DNA of 64,000 nucleotides. Origin: Eukaryota sp. TZLM1-RC. Its lineage: Eukaryota > Protista > Metamonada: BaSk clade. Shown here piece by piece: positions 34,653 to 48,700 of the stretch. Within the stretch, counting starts at the first letter, position 1. Every line of letters begins with the position of its first letter. The stretch is taken from contig JAUPSS010000003.1 of NCBI GenBank assembly GCA_040285825.1, positions 372,001 through 436,000 on the forward strand. Reading direction: 5' to 3'. The notes below the pieces were generated by a model. It did not search any database. It was not told where the DNA came from and was given only the letters and a program-made list of their open reading frames with translations. The position numbers and the translations under genes were made by a program.

Positions 34653-34984
34653 TCTGTTTAGTGCATTGTAATAAATTTGTTTCTTTATTTAGATTTTCCT
34701 CCATTAAGCAAGAAACGCTCTAGAATGAACGATCGACTGTTATAATTAATGACTGGTCAATTGGTACTCGTAATGATGCAACATTAACCGTTAACTCAGT
34801 CAAAATATGGAGACTACTGTTTGTGACTTGGTGGGCTGATCAATTGGAATTTTGTTAGTATGATCAATTATGTCTAATTGCTAGATGATTACAATGTTAA
34901 AACACTCTAGAAGTTTATAAACAAAATTGAATGAATTTCTCAAACATGTGAATAGAAGATTATTATAATTTTTTTGTTGTATTT

Positions 34985-36743
34985 TGATGCTGTATGGTTA
35001 GACATTGTACAGAATAGAGATAAAAGATAAAGATATTTATTAAATTTCACTGGCCCTTATAAAGACCGTCACTAGCGAAGTCTATACTAGACTAATTGTC
35101 TACAGTACAACACTACCTTTTCCCTCTCTTAGGTCTCGAACGAGAGCTGTAAGAATTAACTGCAGGGTAATTAGTTTTAGATTTAGAATTGGAATTCATT
35201 TTCCGTTTCCTGGTAGTGTGAGGACTAAGGGTTCGCAAATATGATTGGTATGCCTCAGTGCTTTTGACGTCAGCAACTGGGACAGACGATGTCTCGCCGC
35301 CATACCAAACTGCGGTGCAATAAGGAATTTCATTATCATTCGAGTCTATAAAATCGAAGTGATCTATAATCTTAATAATTACAGATTCTTCCATATCACC
35401 GGCAGCAATGTTCTTATGCCAATCTATATCTTCTTTAGGGAAGTCAGAGAGGTATAATTTACAATGATTAATACTTGCCGTAGACATCGAACCAGTGACG
35501 AGATTCTTGAGTAATAAGCTTTTATTGGATTTAACTTCTTCAACGAGAAAAGGGCCAGCGAAGCAACCATGGAGTTTACCATTAGTCTTTAATCGCAAAA
35601 CTAAGTCACCGTTATTAAAAGGGTTCCTATGTTTGTTAACTTCAGGCAGTTGTTGAGTTTGCCTGAGCTCTGCCTCTTCTCTCTTCTTTGAAATCCTTTC
35701 AAGTTTTGCTTCAAGATCTTTAACAAAGGGAATATTAACATTAGCTGATTTTATTAGTTCAAACATATTACTAGGATCAGTTCTAGGGCTGTGGTCGCTA
35801 CCAAACATTAAATTGTAGGGCGAATGACCAGTAACTCTGCTATAGTTGAATTGATTTGAAGTTGTACAATTGGGATATATTCACTCCAATTGTTATAATC
35901 GCCAGAGTCCACCAAAATCCTTCTCAGACTTTGTAAAATGTCTCTGTGGCGTCTTTCTACTAAACCATTGCTTTGTGAAAAGCTAGTTAGTGAACGACTT
36001 ACTTCAATGTTTAATAAATCGCATAACCCTTTGAATATGGCATTTGCAAATTCAATACCATTGTCACTATGAATCAACAGTGGGATACCAAAAATTGATA
36101 CTACACTCCATAGGAGGTGATTGGTTGCCTCTACTGCATTCAATTCCTTTCCAGGGCAAAATCGTATACCTAGTGAACGAATCTACAAAAACTATTAAAT
36201 ATTTGAATCCATTATCATCTTGTTGTAATGGTCTAATAGTGTTTGCGTTTAATCGTGCAAAAGGTCGATCAGCCCAAAAAGAGCCAGATGATTCAATGAC
36301 ATTTTTAGGCACATGTGGCGTCTTTTGACATGCTGGACATCTCTTAATGTGATTAATCATGTTTTTGCGCATGTCGGGCCAAAAGTAATCACTATTGAGT
36401 AATTTCTTTACGCTAGTCGTCACACTAGGATCATTTGCATGTCCATGAATGACAGTTGAAGTCTGCTTCTTTAAACTATCTGAGATAACAATCTTTCCAC
36501 GATTGATGGTATACAATTGAATATCAGAATTATATTTGTAATCTTTGTAATAGTCAGGTTTAGAATCAACATCTGTGAGTTGTTCTTGCCTAATCTTTGA
36601 GATCCAAGTGTCAAATAAATCAAATTTAGTATCCTCAACTGCTTCTTTTAATGCTGATAAGCTATTGATCGTGGGTAGCTCAATTGTGGACGGTTGAGTA
36701 ATATCATCCCTTAACAAATTAACTCTAGTTAATAAATTTAAAT
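34985..36743 (-). mobile_element. Ty3/Gypsy element C: 3' part (integrase, chromodomain-like tail, PPT, 3' LTR 35112-~34985), interrupted at 36744
   Basis: H...CPAC, FVDSFTRY, HSDNGIEF, GLVERRH, GPF. Purine tract AAGAGAGGGAAAAGGTAG abuts a TGTTG...CATCA LTR. The LTR far end is inferred by analogy to element B. Confidence 0.85.
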
Positions 36744-39700
36744 TGTTGGCGCCCTTAGGCTTTTATAATATGAATAGAAAATAAATTATCTTTATCTCAA
36801 CCACTTTTGCAACCTAAGGCAACAATAATTATTGGCCATATTAGGTTATAGGTATACCGCTTACACAATTCACAGCTATCAAACAGAGGATATCTTCAGC
36901 AGATATCATGTCAGTTTCTCCTCGCCAGGACACTGACTCCTTTAAGATTTTCATGCAAAAGCACGACAGAGATGCATATAATGCATTCACAACAATAGGA
37001 GCAGGAGTAAAGAGTGAGGATTCGGGCTCGAGACCACCCTCCCCCCTCAAGAGAAACCAATGGAACCAGGCACGGAACCACCTCCCGCCTCTTCCAAGTC
37101 CAACAAACCAGAAAAGGTTTCAGGAACGGGACCACCCCCCTCCTCACCTAAAGATAAAAATGTTGGGTCAAGCTCAGAAACTTCGTCTGTTCTGAAGGAC
37201 TACGAAGAACTTCAGTCCGTTTTAGAGGAAATGGACGACGAAGAGAAAGAGCTTCGCCAACAGATAATGAAGGACACGGAAGCCCACCTTGAACCTACAG
37301 ATTACTGCTTGTTCGAGCAGCTCCCTCCCCTTTGGAAACAAATGACAAAACCTAGTGGAAATGTGGGATTCCAGACTCTGGGCCATAAAGGGGACCCTAA
37401 TAGAGTCTACGAATTCCCTCAAAGCGAGAGAAGAGAACTAATTAACGCTTTGGACGCCTTGAGTAGAGAAACCTACGGACGCGGGGCAGAACGCCGTCCT
37501 AGGATAACCGGTATGGACAGAGAAATCCATGTGATTCTGGCAAAACCAATAAAAGATAGACCTGATTGAGAAGCCATTCACTTGGACCAGTTCGGGAGAA
37601 GGATCAGGTTCTTTGACAACGAACGAAGGAGCAGAACCGATACCGACGACATCCTGGAAACCAAATTCCCGGCATGGATGGACTCGTACTTTGATACGAT
37701 CATCCATAACTACTCAGAGGTAACGGACGGGGCTCCTACTTGTTTCAGAGAATATATGGAACAAGCAGACAGCATAAATCCAAGTAAGTGAGAACCCGTC
37801 AGCGACTTCTTTGACGCGGACGCCCTAAATAATATACTTACGGAACGTTCAAGCGTATCCACATTTAGGAGCCGCCCAAATAACTTTATACAGCAATTCG
37901 GGGAATCTACAACAAGGAAGAAGAAGTTCAGATTCTTGGTCACGGGCGATCAATCAACAGAGCTCCACCAGAGACCTAAACTTCCAGTAATTGCCCCCAT
38001 AATATCAGAAAAAGAGCAACCGGTACAAGTCTGTTCTATCGATGTACTCCCTGACCACATCCCAACAGTAGATGTAACAGAACGAGTGAACAGACCTACC
38101 AGAGTATTTCAGGAACCATCAAGTTCCTCCCAACCTATGCTCACTAGCGCATCAGAAGACGAAGTCGAGTTGAGAGGACCTAGTTTAAATGAAACACCTC
38201 CTCCTCAACCCCCTCGTAGAAGAGTTTCTTCTGAGGCGCCTCTCCGTTTGGAAGACCTCCAAGCTTCAAGAAATATATTGGAAATGAGTATAGCGAGTAG
38301 TCTTCAGAGACATGTGGACTCTCGGCCTAGGTCAGCTGAATACAAAGCTCCTCACCTATCTGAGAAGGACCCACTCAACAAGATGTCTCTCGTCTCTTTC
38401 CTCCTCAAGTTCCAAACATGGGATAAATACGGGCATAAGATAGCTAATGGAAGCTTCCAAGCGCCTGGTCAATCTGCTTGGTCTTGTGCTATGTTGATAG
38501 CAACCCAGATATTTGGCGAAGGAAAGACCCAGATTACCCCTGCGCTCTTATCATCTCTCCCATCTCACATCAGAGAAGAAATCGATAGGGACATGAAGCA
38601 GCCACTTTTAAGGATCGACCCAGAACTGACGAAACGTCTGGGACCTCCTATTCATCATTATGACTTATTTAGAAGTATGATGATTAGTACTTGTCCGTCC
38701 GGCTGATCAAGCATGGTTGACCCCCATCTCATCTCTAAATGGCAAGGCCAAGGACTTCTGAGACCGGACTTTTCAGACGCAGATTCAATGGTTTTTCTGC
38801 TACGCAGGACACATTTTACCTCATATCACGAGGCTTGCTCCGCCCTAGCAAAACCATGTATAAATTGGAGAAACATCCACAACAAAATGGATGCAGACAA
38901 CGAATTTGGTAGGTTCGTCGAAGATTTTGGAGACGTCCTGAGGATGACCACTTACATGGTTGATCACTCTATATCTGCATCAATTAGGGGAAGCAGCGGT
39001 TTAATAACCCTCTCACCCGCCCTCATTGCAGAACACTTTCTCTTGGGTATAGATAATTTCGCTATTACCAAGGAGCTGGCAAGCCATTGGACAAGAGAAG
39101 ATCTCTGGGACCCTTCAACAGGTACAACTTTGTTAGACCTGATTTCGACCACCAGAAGACACTTTTTGGCTTGGTGCCAAACAACAGGAAATAGGCACAC
39201 CATGGAACTTTTGAGAAAACAAGCTGAAAGAAAAGAAGAAATTCCATTAGGCCTTTCGACCATGAGAACGTACTCTAGAGGAGCAATTCCATCTGGTCCA
39301 GGTGCTAAACGTCGCTCGGGAGGCGGATCCAAAGGAACTCCCCAAAACAAATATGTCCCAGAAAGACATGAACGGGAGGGATCTAAGTTATGTACATTCT
39401 GCAACGTCACCGAAGGAAATAACCCTATTGGTTACACGGTTTTTGAATGTAAAGACCCCCGTTGTACCAGGAGCAAGGTACCAAAAGAATTAAGGTTTAA
39501 GATCGGCGAGGCTGATCAGCCTGCGAGAAGTGGCAACGTAGTCAGAGGCCGAGGTGGCCGTGGTAGACGTGTTTCTAGGTTTAGAGGAAGGGGCCGAGGT
39601 GGCCATTTTAGAGGACATAAAGGCAGAGGTCAGTATAGACCTATTCATTACATAAACACACAAGAAGATACATCATCGACATCATCCCCTTCTGAGAACG

Positions 39701-40819
39701 TGTCAGCTAGTTCGAGCATGACCTCTCACAGACGGATTGACCGTTTCAGCAAAAGAATCAGAAACACAGGAAACTTTCCCAATCGGAAACAAATCAACGC
39801 AATCAATCATAATCAATCAATTGCCCATTTCGGAAACCCAGTCAACAACTCCCCAACAGCTCAACAATTCTTACTTAATCCTCTACAATTCCACAAACCC
39901 AGCTCTGATATCAACAGTATTTCTGGTATAAATTCTACGGTTAGTAAGAACCACAACAAATTCCAGCGATGGAAATATTCCAAATTGATGGCGTTTTTAT
40001 ATACATTGATGATATCATAATAGTTGGAACGACTTTCGATGAATTCTATAAGAGATTACAAAGAGTCCTCCAATGCGCCAGAAATAGACGTCTAAATATA
40101 GGTTTACGTAAATGTAAATTCGTAACTTCCAAACACCCTATTGACATTTTAGGAAGCACCTTCCAGGACAAAACTAGATTTATTAGTAAGAAAAATATCG
40201 AAGCCTGGATGAGATTCCCTAGACCAAAATCAGTGAAAGAAGTTCGCTCATTGGTAGGATCCATCAATTATATCAGAGTTGGCTTCCAGGTATCTCCGAA
40301 TTAGTAGCTCCAATTAATGAGTTAATTAAAGGAAAACCTAGAATAGTAAAATGGACCAACGAGCATGATGATTAATTTAAACAAATGAAAGATTTAATAA
40401 TTAATCACATGTCCCTTGAATTACCAGCTCCGGGCAAGCGCGTATTAATGAGTACTGACGCATCAGATGTAGCAGTAGGAGGTGTTATTTGGCAAGAAAT
40501 TGAACCATACTCTCCTGCAGGAACCCCGCTGAATAAAAGGAAAGAGAAACCTTTGTCGTTCTATAGTAGATTACTTACAGAAACACAAAGAAAATGGTCC
40601 ACTTTACAAAAAGAATTATACGCAATACTTCTGATTTTAACTGAAAGTTGTTTAGAAAGCTACCTTTTGACTAGACATCTAACAATTTTCACTGATCACA
40701 CAAATATTGCATTCCTGGCCACAGCCCCAGAGAAAAACAGAATTGTAAAGAGATGGCTGCCGATACTATCTGAATTCGACTTTGATATAGTCCATGATCC
40801 AGGTGAAGATAACCACTGG
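36744..40819 (+). mobile_element. Ty3/Gypsy element A1, degenerate; ~1.05 kb PR/RT deletion at 39968; interrupted in RNase H by A2
   Basis: Starts TGTTGGCGCCC like A2; gag with CTFC..GY..EC and RGG tract; YIDDIII; STDASDVAVGG; in-frame stops. Confidence 0.9.
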
Positions 40820-43800
40820 TGTTGGCGCCCTAAGGCTTATATAATATGATTAGAAAATAAATCAACTTTTCCTCATTGACTTTTCTTTACTACAATAGAC
40901 TTTAGGCAACAATAATTATTGGCCATTTTAAAGTCAAAAGGTATACCATAACTTCAGCATTAGCGAACATCTTCAGACACTTTACAGCATGTCAGACATC
41001 TCCCAACCAGATATCTCTGACTCTAATCCACCACTTAATATGCAGCAGGTACCAGCATCACATACACATGATATAGAGGGCAACGAGGCAACGGACCCGG
41101 ATCCCACCTCCCCCTCCCTTAATGTAGAAAAAGATGAAAGAGTGGACGAGGTCCCTCCATCTACAACAACAGAAGAGGTAACGAGAAAGGACCCGGCTCC
41201 CTCTCCCCTCAGGAAAAAAGTAACAGATGAGGTTACGAGAACGGACCCGGCTCCCTCTCCCCTCAGGAAAAAAGTAACAGATGAGGTTACGAGAACGGAC
41301 CCGGCTCCCTCTCCCCTCAAAGCAATGGAAGAGGCAACGAGAACCGACCCGGCTCCCTCTCCCCTCCCAATTCTAGAACCTGTCTCAAAGGGAACGGATG
41401 GAGATCCCACCTTAGACACCTCTTCCCCATTAGGAGAATATGAAGAAATTCAATCTCAACTAGATGAAATGGAGGGAGAAGACGACTCTTCTGAGGGGTT
41501 CTACAAGTTATTAAGAGAGGACGCGGAGGCTTACCTCGAACCAACAGATTTCTGTCTGTTCGAGCAACTTCCCCCTTTATGGAGTCACGTTCAAAAAGAG
41601 GCAGAAACGTTGGTTTCCAGACCCTCGGAATGATTGGGGATACCCAAAAGGTATTGGAAATTCCCCTCAATGAAAGGAATGAACTCATAAAGGCACTCGA
41701 TAAATTGAGTAGAGAGACATTCGGGCGTAACGCAGAACGCCGCCCCAGAATCTCTGGAATGGACAAGAGAATCAATGAATTGATGTCTCTTCCCATCAAA
41801 GATAGATTGGATTGGAAGGCCTCCTTCCTAGATCAATACGGCAGGAGAATAAGGTTTCTCTCCATCGAACAGAGAAGTAGGACCGACTCGGAAGACATCC
41901 TACAATCCAAATTGCCTGCCTGGTTTGATCCTAACTTTGATACGGAAATCCATAATTACACGGAGCTGACAGAGGGTGCTCCCACATATTTTAGGGAATT
42001 TATGGAGCAGGAGGATAGTAGTGAACAAGACAAGCTTGAACCAGTAACCCCCTGGTTTGATGCAGACGCTCTAAATAACATTCATACGGAACGATCAGCT
42101 GTATCCACGTATAGGAGCCGTCCTAACAACTACACCCAACAACATGGTAACTCGTTCACAAAACAACGAGAGTTTAGACAATGGGTAACGGGAGATCCAT
42201 CCACATCTCTCCACCTTCCCAAACTGCCTGTTGTAGCCCCTATAATTTCTGAAAAAGCCAACCAATACAGGTCTGCTCTATCGACAGCATACCCGATCAT
42301 GTTCCAACAGTGAACGTCCCGGAACCTGTAACAAGACAAGACGTTGCACCTCAGGAAGAACCAACTTCCTCTCAACCCATGGAAAGTGAAATTGGAGAAG
42401 ACATTGAGTTGATCGGGCCAGTCGTTGGAGAAACGGCTCCTCCTCAACCCTCAGTAAGAGACTCTTCTTCCGATAGACCTATGCGTATTGAGGACCTACA
42501 ATCCTCAAGAAGAGCTATTGACATGAGCATAGCTAGTAGCCTTCATAGACAGATTGATCCACGGTCTAAGGATATCGACTATAAAAGACCTCGATTATCC
42601 GCTGATGACCCTATTAACAAAATGTCTATCATAGCTTTTCTTTTAAAATATCAAACTTGGGATAAATACGGGCGAAAGATAGCTAATAGAAGCTTCGAAG
42701 CCCCAGGTCAATCAGATTGGACCAGAGCCTTTATGATAGCTACCCAGCCATTTGGAGAAGGCCAAGCAGAAATAACCCAAGATAGGATTAAAGATCTCCC
42801 CAAACATATACGCGACGAGATCACCAGGGATACAACACAGCCTTTGGTAAGGATTGATCCAGCTATAACAGATAAGCTCGGACCCCCAATCCACCATTAT
42901 GATTTATTTAGGAGCATGATGATGAGCACTTGCCCCACAGGAATATCCAGCATGATCGACCCTAGCCTTCTATCTAGATGGCAGAGTCAAGGTTTACTCG
43001 GTGTTGATTATACCGACGCCGACGTCATGGTATTTCTGTTAAAAAGAACGCAATTCACATCATATCATGAGGCTTGTACAGCTCTAATGAAGCCTAGAAT
43101 AAATTGGAGGAAAAATCCACAATAGGCATGAGGCTGACAACGAGTTTGGTCGTTATGTAGAAGATTTTGGAGACGTCTTGAGAATGACCACCTACATGAC
43201 CGACCTAACCATCCCCGATTTAATTAGAGGAAGCAGTGGGTTGATAACCATATCTTCCGCTCTAATAGCCGAGTACTTCCTTATGGGTCTGGATAACTTT
43301 GCTATATCAAGCGAACTCCTCCCAGTATGGACTAGGGAATCCTTGTGGGACTCACCGAACAGAACAACTCTACTCGATTTGATATCGACAACGAGAAGAC
43401 ATTTCCTCGCTTGGTGTTACACAGCAGGAAACAAGCCCACAATGGATGTACTAAGGAACAGGGCTAACGAAGAAGATATTCCTTTGGGACTCACGGCAAT
43501 GAGAACTTACTCAAGAGGAGTAACACCATCAGCCCAGGCTCCAACAAAACGAGCAAGACGATCAGGTGGAAAGTCAAGAGGAACCCCTCAACACAAATAC
43601 ATCCCTGAAAAGCATGAACGAGAAGGATCAAAATTCTGTACATTCTGCAGCAACGTCGAAGGTAACAATCCTGTTGGCCACACTGTATTCGAATGCAAAG
43701 ATCCTCGTTGCGCTAGAAGCAGAGTTCCCAAAGAAGAAAGATTCAGATTAGGAGAACAGGAGGCGCCTGCTAGTAGAGGCAGTGTAGAAAGGGGCCGAGG

Positions 43801-45719
43801 TGGCCGTGGTAGACGTGTACATAGATTCAAATTTAGAGGCCGTGGAGGCCGTTATAGAGGTCATAAAGGAAGAGGTCAGTACAGACCTATACATAACATA
43901 AACACAACAGAAAACATATCATCAAACGCATCCCCTACTGAGTCAAAACCGACCCGTTCGAGTACGGTTCCTCACAGACGGATCAACAACAGCAACCGGA
44001 ACAGCAGGACAGGCAACTTTCCTAATCGGGTACATATCAACGCAATTAATCACAACCAATCAACAACCGATTTAGGAAACCCAGTCAACAACTTTCCAAC
44101 AGCTCAACAAAATCTTTTAATTCCTCTACAAATTCACCAAACCAGCTCTGATATCAATAGCATTTTTGATATTAATTCTACGGTTAGTGAAAACCACGTC
44201 AGGTCCCAGCGTTCTCCATTTCTAAGACTGGAGATATCAATAAATGATATTAAAATGATTGCGACTATAGATTCGGCTGCGTTTTGTTCAGTTATTACTG
44301 CAGATTTAGCTGAACAATGCCATATGTCAATCAATAGCAAGGATACTATTAAGTTCTTACCAGCTAATAACGTATCCACAAAATCGCTAGGGAGTGCAAC
44401 TGGTATTCTGTCGTTCAACGTAGGAAGCACTGCGCAACAAGTTCACTATAAACATACTCTTCCCATAATCCCGGGTTCGAACAAATTATTAATAGGGACA
44501 GACATGTTAAAAGCACTTGGGCTTCAGACGGATGATGGTCTTTTCATTAGATTAGACAAAGAACATCGCACTTTGCTAAATGCAGAATCAGAATTCGACT
44601 CTAGGATCGCTCAACATTCGATTGGGAACTTAGATAACCAATCACCAAGTCCTTCTGATTTTGAGGAGCAATTAGCAAGATCTGGATGTGAGATAAATTT
44701 AGATGATAGTAATAATAAATTAAAATTAACGAGTCTACTAAAATTATTCAGCGATGTTTTTAGTGAAACTCCTAATAGAAAAGGAATCGATTGTAATCCT
44801 CTAATAATCCCCTTTAGAGATGAGAATGCTATAGTACATAAACCTGCTAGACGGTTAAATCCCAGCAAAATGGAAATAGCAAACAAAATATTTGATGAAC
44901 TGATCAAAATGGGCTATGCAGTTGAATCTAATTATAAATTCAGCTCTCCTATTGTCTTAGTTATATACCCTGACGGCAAAAAACCCAGGTTAACTGGAGA
45001 CTTTAGTGGTAAAGATGGAGTTAATGCCCATACGATTTCAGTAGAGCCTAATCTACCTAGGATTAGTGATATATTAGAATTTTTGAGTAAAGCAAATTAC
45101 ATCGCCACGCTTGATTTACCAAAAGCTTTCTGGCAGATGAATGTTGCTGAGAAGGATATTGAGAAAACATCAATCTCAATCCCTGGAAGATCAATTATGT
45201 TTAAAAGAGCTTGCTTCGGATTAAAGAACATCCCAGCAGTTTTTCAAAATGTAATGATGGAAATATTCCAAATTGATGGCGTTTTCATATACATTGACGA
45301 TATCATAATAGTTGGAACGACATTCGAAGAATTTTATAAGAGATTACAACGAGTCCTCCAATGCGCCAGAAATAGACGTGTAAATATAGGCTTACGTAAA
45401 TGTAAATTCGTAACATCAAAACACCCTATCGACATCTTAGGAAGTACCTTCCAGGATAAAACTAGATTTATAAGTAAGAAAAAAATCGAAGCCTTGATGA
45501 GAATCCCTAGACCAAAAACAGTGAAAGAAGTTCGCTCATTGGTAGGATCCATAAATTATATTAGAGATTGGCTTCCAGGTATTTCTGAATTAATTGCTCC
45601 AATTAACGAGCTAATTAAAGGAAAACCCAGAATAATTAAATGGACTAGCAAGCATGACGATTACTTAAAACAAATAAAAGACTTAATAGTAAACCACATG
45701 CCCCTTGAATTACCAGCTC
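40820..45719 (+). mobile_element. Ty3/Gypsy element A2 (5' LTR, long gag, PR, RT), interrupted by element B; continues 53129-53521
   Basis: CTFC.9.GHTVFEC knuckle, IDSAA protease, LDLPKAFWQ, YIDDIII. PLELPA|PGKRVL is split by the insertion. Confidence 0.93.
41175..41365 (+). repeat. 54-bp coding tandem repeat in A gag (EVTRTDPAPSPLRKKVTD, ~3.5 units); second copy ~53877-54067
   Basis: Directly visible in DNA and protein. Confidence 0.9.
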
Positions 45720-48700
45720 TGATGGTCTTGGCTGTTGGTTATTGTCTGACATACAATGTAGAGTAACAGAAGTGTAATTTATTACGAAGAGGAATTGTAT
45801 TCTCTCTTCTTAAGCTAACAGGCGGAATACTAATAACTAAACTATTAACTATAAATACTATTCAAGACTAACACTGCCTTTTCCTCTCTTTCGAGCGACG
45901 AGCCCTGGAAGCTCTAGTCACAGGAGGTGAACTAATAGAATTATGACGCTTCTTGGGAGGAGCGGATTTAGTATGGCGACGTGCTTTTGAAGTCTTGATG
46001 AAGTCTTTATACGCGGCAGTATTTTGGACTGTAGACACATGCTCAGTGGTGATCTCTTTACCTGGCCATTGCACTTGGCAAAAGTCACCTTCCTGGCTGA
46101 GCACTTTTTCAATGATGTGTTCTTCGACATCACCTGCAGCGACCCAGGAGTGGAACTCATCGTTGGTGGGCAAGCTGGAGTGCCAGGGAGCTAAGTGTTT
46201 GACGCTAGCTTGGACAATCGTACCTGTGCAGAGATTCTTAATATTCACAGACGAATTGGATACGATTTCAGTAATTAGGAAGGGTCCTAATGAAGTCTAA
46301 CTAAGGTCTCCATGAAGCTTAGCGGAAGAGCCAGATGCTCTCAATACCAATTGACCAACTTCAAAAGGGTTTGGAGTTGACGATCTAGCTAGCTTGGAAG
46401 CTTTGGAAGCTTGATGATGTGCTGCCTTTTCTTGTTTCTCTTTCAATCTTCGAAATTTAGATTGAATTTCTTGAATAAAAGATGACTCAGACGTCGAGCT
46501 TTCAATGATTTCAAGAATTTTGCCAGGGTCAGATCTGGGAGACACATCAGAGCCAAAGATCACTTGGTATGGAGTGTGGTTGGTTATTGAGCTCTTGGAA
46601 GAGTTGATCAATAATTGCACATAAGGCAAGTATTCAGACCACACATCGTAGGCATTGAAGTCTACGAGCAATTTCCGTAGGTTTTGCAGGATGTCTCTGT
46701 GTCGGCGCTCTACCAGGCCGTTGGACTGAGAAAACCTAGGTATTGACTTTGACACCTCTATGCCCAAAAATTTGCTTAATTCGTCAAAGACAGCCTTGGA
46801 AAATTCGGGTCCATTATCGCTGTGGATTTGAAATGGAATACCAAAGATGGCACAGACTTTCCAAATTAATGCATCTGCAGTAAGATTGGCATTTATCTCT
46901 TTTAAAGGCACGATGATCGTGAACCTAGAGAAGCTGTCGATAAATACGAGGATGTATTTGTAGCCTTCTTGATCTTCTGGAAGAGGACCAATGACGTCGG
47001 CGTTGACGCGAGCAAAAAGGTCTGTCAGCCCACAATGAACCGGTTGGGGAACATGCAGTTTGGGAACTGGCTTTGTTTTCTGACAGGAGGGGCATTCTTG
47101 GACGTGCTTATTCATGTCGGTGAGCATGTTTGGCCACCAATAATCGCTGTTCCTGAGCTTGTTCAGGCTTTCAGCTTTGCTTGGATGACCTCCTTGCAGA
47201 AGTCCATGCAACAGGTTAAGGGTGTCCTTAATGAGTGATTTGGGAATCACTATCTTGTTGTCGTGAGTCATATATAAATCAAGATGATTGTTATGAACAC
47301 AGTTGTTGAAAGAGGGGTCTTTGGAAGCTATGGCAAGCTTCTGTTCGGACCTAATCCTACAGAGCCATGGCTCGAAAATAGGCAGGTCGTTGGAACATCG
47401 TTCTCTGATGACCATGATACGTTCGAAGTTGTTTAGGTCTTCGATGTAGTATCTTTCATTTTCTGTTCCATCAATTTTATCAATGTAAAATATTGGATGA
47501 AAATTTGGAGGCATTTGATGGGACAAATGATTGATCTCTTGATGGTCTATAGGTGGAACTATTCGAGACAACATATCAGCCCAGAAGTTATCTTCCCCTT
47601 TGGTATGTACCAAGTCAAAGCAGAATTCAGAGAATATGGGTAACCATCTTGTTACAATTCTGTTCTTCTCAGGAGCCGTGAACATGTAGGTAAGGTTTTG
47701 ATGGTCTGTGAATATGACCAGTTTCCTTCCTTTTAAGTAGTTTTCAAAACCACTTTGAGTTAACATGAGTAGGATAGCGTAGAGTTCCTTTTTGGTTAGT
47801 CGGCCAGTTCTTTTTGCGAGTTGGTTAACAACCGGCTGAAGAAGCTGATAGGCCTACATTTCCTATTGATCAGGGGGTACCGGGGTCGTCGACTTGTTCG
47901 ATTTGTTCCCATATGACGCCGCCTACAGCAATGTCGGATGCATCGCAACTAATTAAAATTTGGTTTTCCTGCGGAGGTAAGCTGAGCGGCATGTGTTTCG
48001 CTATCAGTTGTTTGATCTTTCGAAGGAGTCCATCGTGCATGTCGGTCCATTGAAGGCGTTGCGCGCGGGGTTTGGGTTTAACGTTGGAGTTAGTTCCATC
48101 CTTCTTAGTCAATCTGATGATAGGAGCGATGAGCTCAGATACCTGAGGAAGCCATTCTCTAATGAAGTTGACTGATCCTACGAGGCTGCGGACGTCTTTG
48201 ATTGTCTTTGGTCTAGGTAGATTCAGCAAAGATTCAACGCGAGTGGGATCGATAGTCCGTTGCTTGTTTTGGAAAACACTGCCCAGTATCTTGATTGGGT
48301 GTCTGGAAGACACGAAATGGCACTTTGGAAGTCCCAAGGAAACTCTTTTGCATCTGGCTTGATCAAGGACGCGACGGAGGCGTTCAATGAATTCGTCAAA
48401 GGTTGAACCTATGATTATGATGTCATCTATGTAAATGAAGACACCGTCTCCAGAGAAGATGTCAGCCATGACGTTTTGGAAAACGGCTGGGACATTCTTT
48501 AGGCCAAAAGCTGCACGTTTGAACATGATACTTTTGCCAGGAATGCTCAGGGCTGTTTTCTGCCAATCCTTTTCAGCAATCTTGAGTTGCCAGAAGGCTT
48601 TGGGGAGGTCAAGGGTGCCTATGTAGTTCGCTTGGGAGAGAAATACCAGCACGTCGGAGATCCTTGGAAGGTTGGGCTCAACAGGAATGGTGTTGGCGTT

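Noticed and set aside
40823-40830. TGGCGCCC as a tRNA-Lys primer-binding site
   Set aside because: It lies at the very start of the element's LTR and the match does not extend.
41175-41365. CRISPR-like repeat array
   Set aside because: The units are contiguous in-frame coding repeats without unique spacers.
45720-45766. C-terminus LMVLAVGYCLTYNVE of the 862-aa ORF
   Set aside because: Artefact of reading into the antisense LTR of element B.
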